A stretch of DNA of 5,293 bases, taken from IMG/VR virus record IMGVR_UViG_2695420658_000009; one strand, written 5' to 3'. The position numbers and the translations under genes are program-made. A model generated the notes under the pieces. It was not told the DNA's origin, made no database searches, and worked only from the letters and a program-made list of their open reading frames with translations. Shown here piece after piece: positions 5,275 to 5,293 of this stretch (positions within the stretch are counted from its first letter, which is position 1; the number at the start of each line of letters is the position of its first letter). Origin of the DNA: a virus (taxonomy: Duplodnaviria; Heunggongvirae; Uroviricota; Caudoviricetes).

Positions 5275-5293
5275 CTATGCGTTGTGATGTTAT

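Noticed and set aside
1-5293. CRISPR arrays, rRNA, tRNA, IS elements with terminal inverted repeats
   Set aside because: No regularly spaced direct repeats, rRNA/tRNA-like structures or transposase-like ORFs in the unmasked sequence. The only repeat pair is the 19-bp direct repeat reported in the findings.

Overview
This window looks like a prophage late/accessory region with Enterobacteriaceae-like codon usage; about 1.5 kb of it is masked as N (307-862, 1000-1476, 3679-3800, 3880-4230), so several gene bodies cannot be read. The left 2.4 kb is a Gin/Hin/Pin-type invertible tail-fibre switch. It has a fibre C-terminal region plus a Mu-U-like Tfa chaperone on the plus strand (1-915), and a convergent promoterless alternative fibre cassette plus Tfa' on the minus strand (967-2432). 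A 26-bp gix/hix-like crossover site sits at 2415-2440, directly followed by a pin-like invertase gene that is dead: three in-frame stops, and its 3' part replaced by the tail of a different tfa gene (2495-2821). The minus-strand fibre cassette also carries an in-frame amber codon. The right half holds accessory genes: a class I SAM-dependent methyltransferase on the minus strand (3030-3848), a masked neighbour followed by a plus-strand ORF tail interrupted by TGA (4231-4500), and a Rha-family phage regulator on the minus strand (4537-5094) with palindromes over its ribosome-binding site. I found no rRNA, tRNA or CRISPR array. The most plausible place for an undescribed system is the methyltransferase plus its masked neighbour, but the sequence shown cannot establish that. 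Protein family calls are from recalled motifs, not from any database search.
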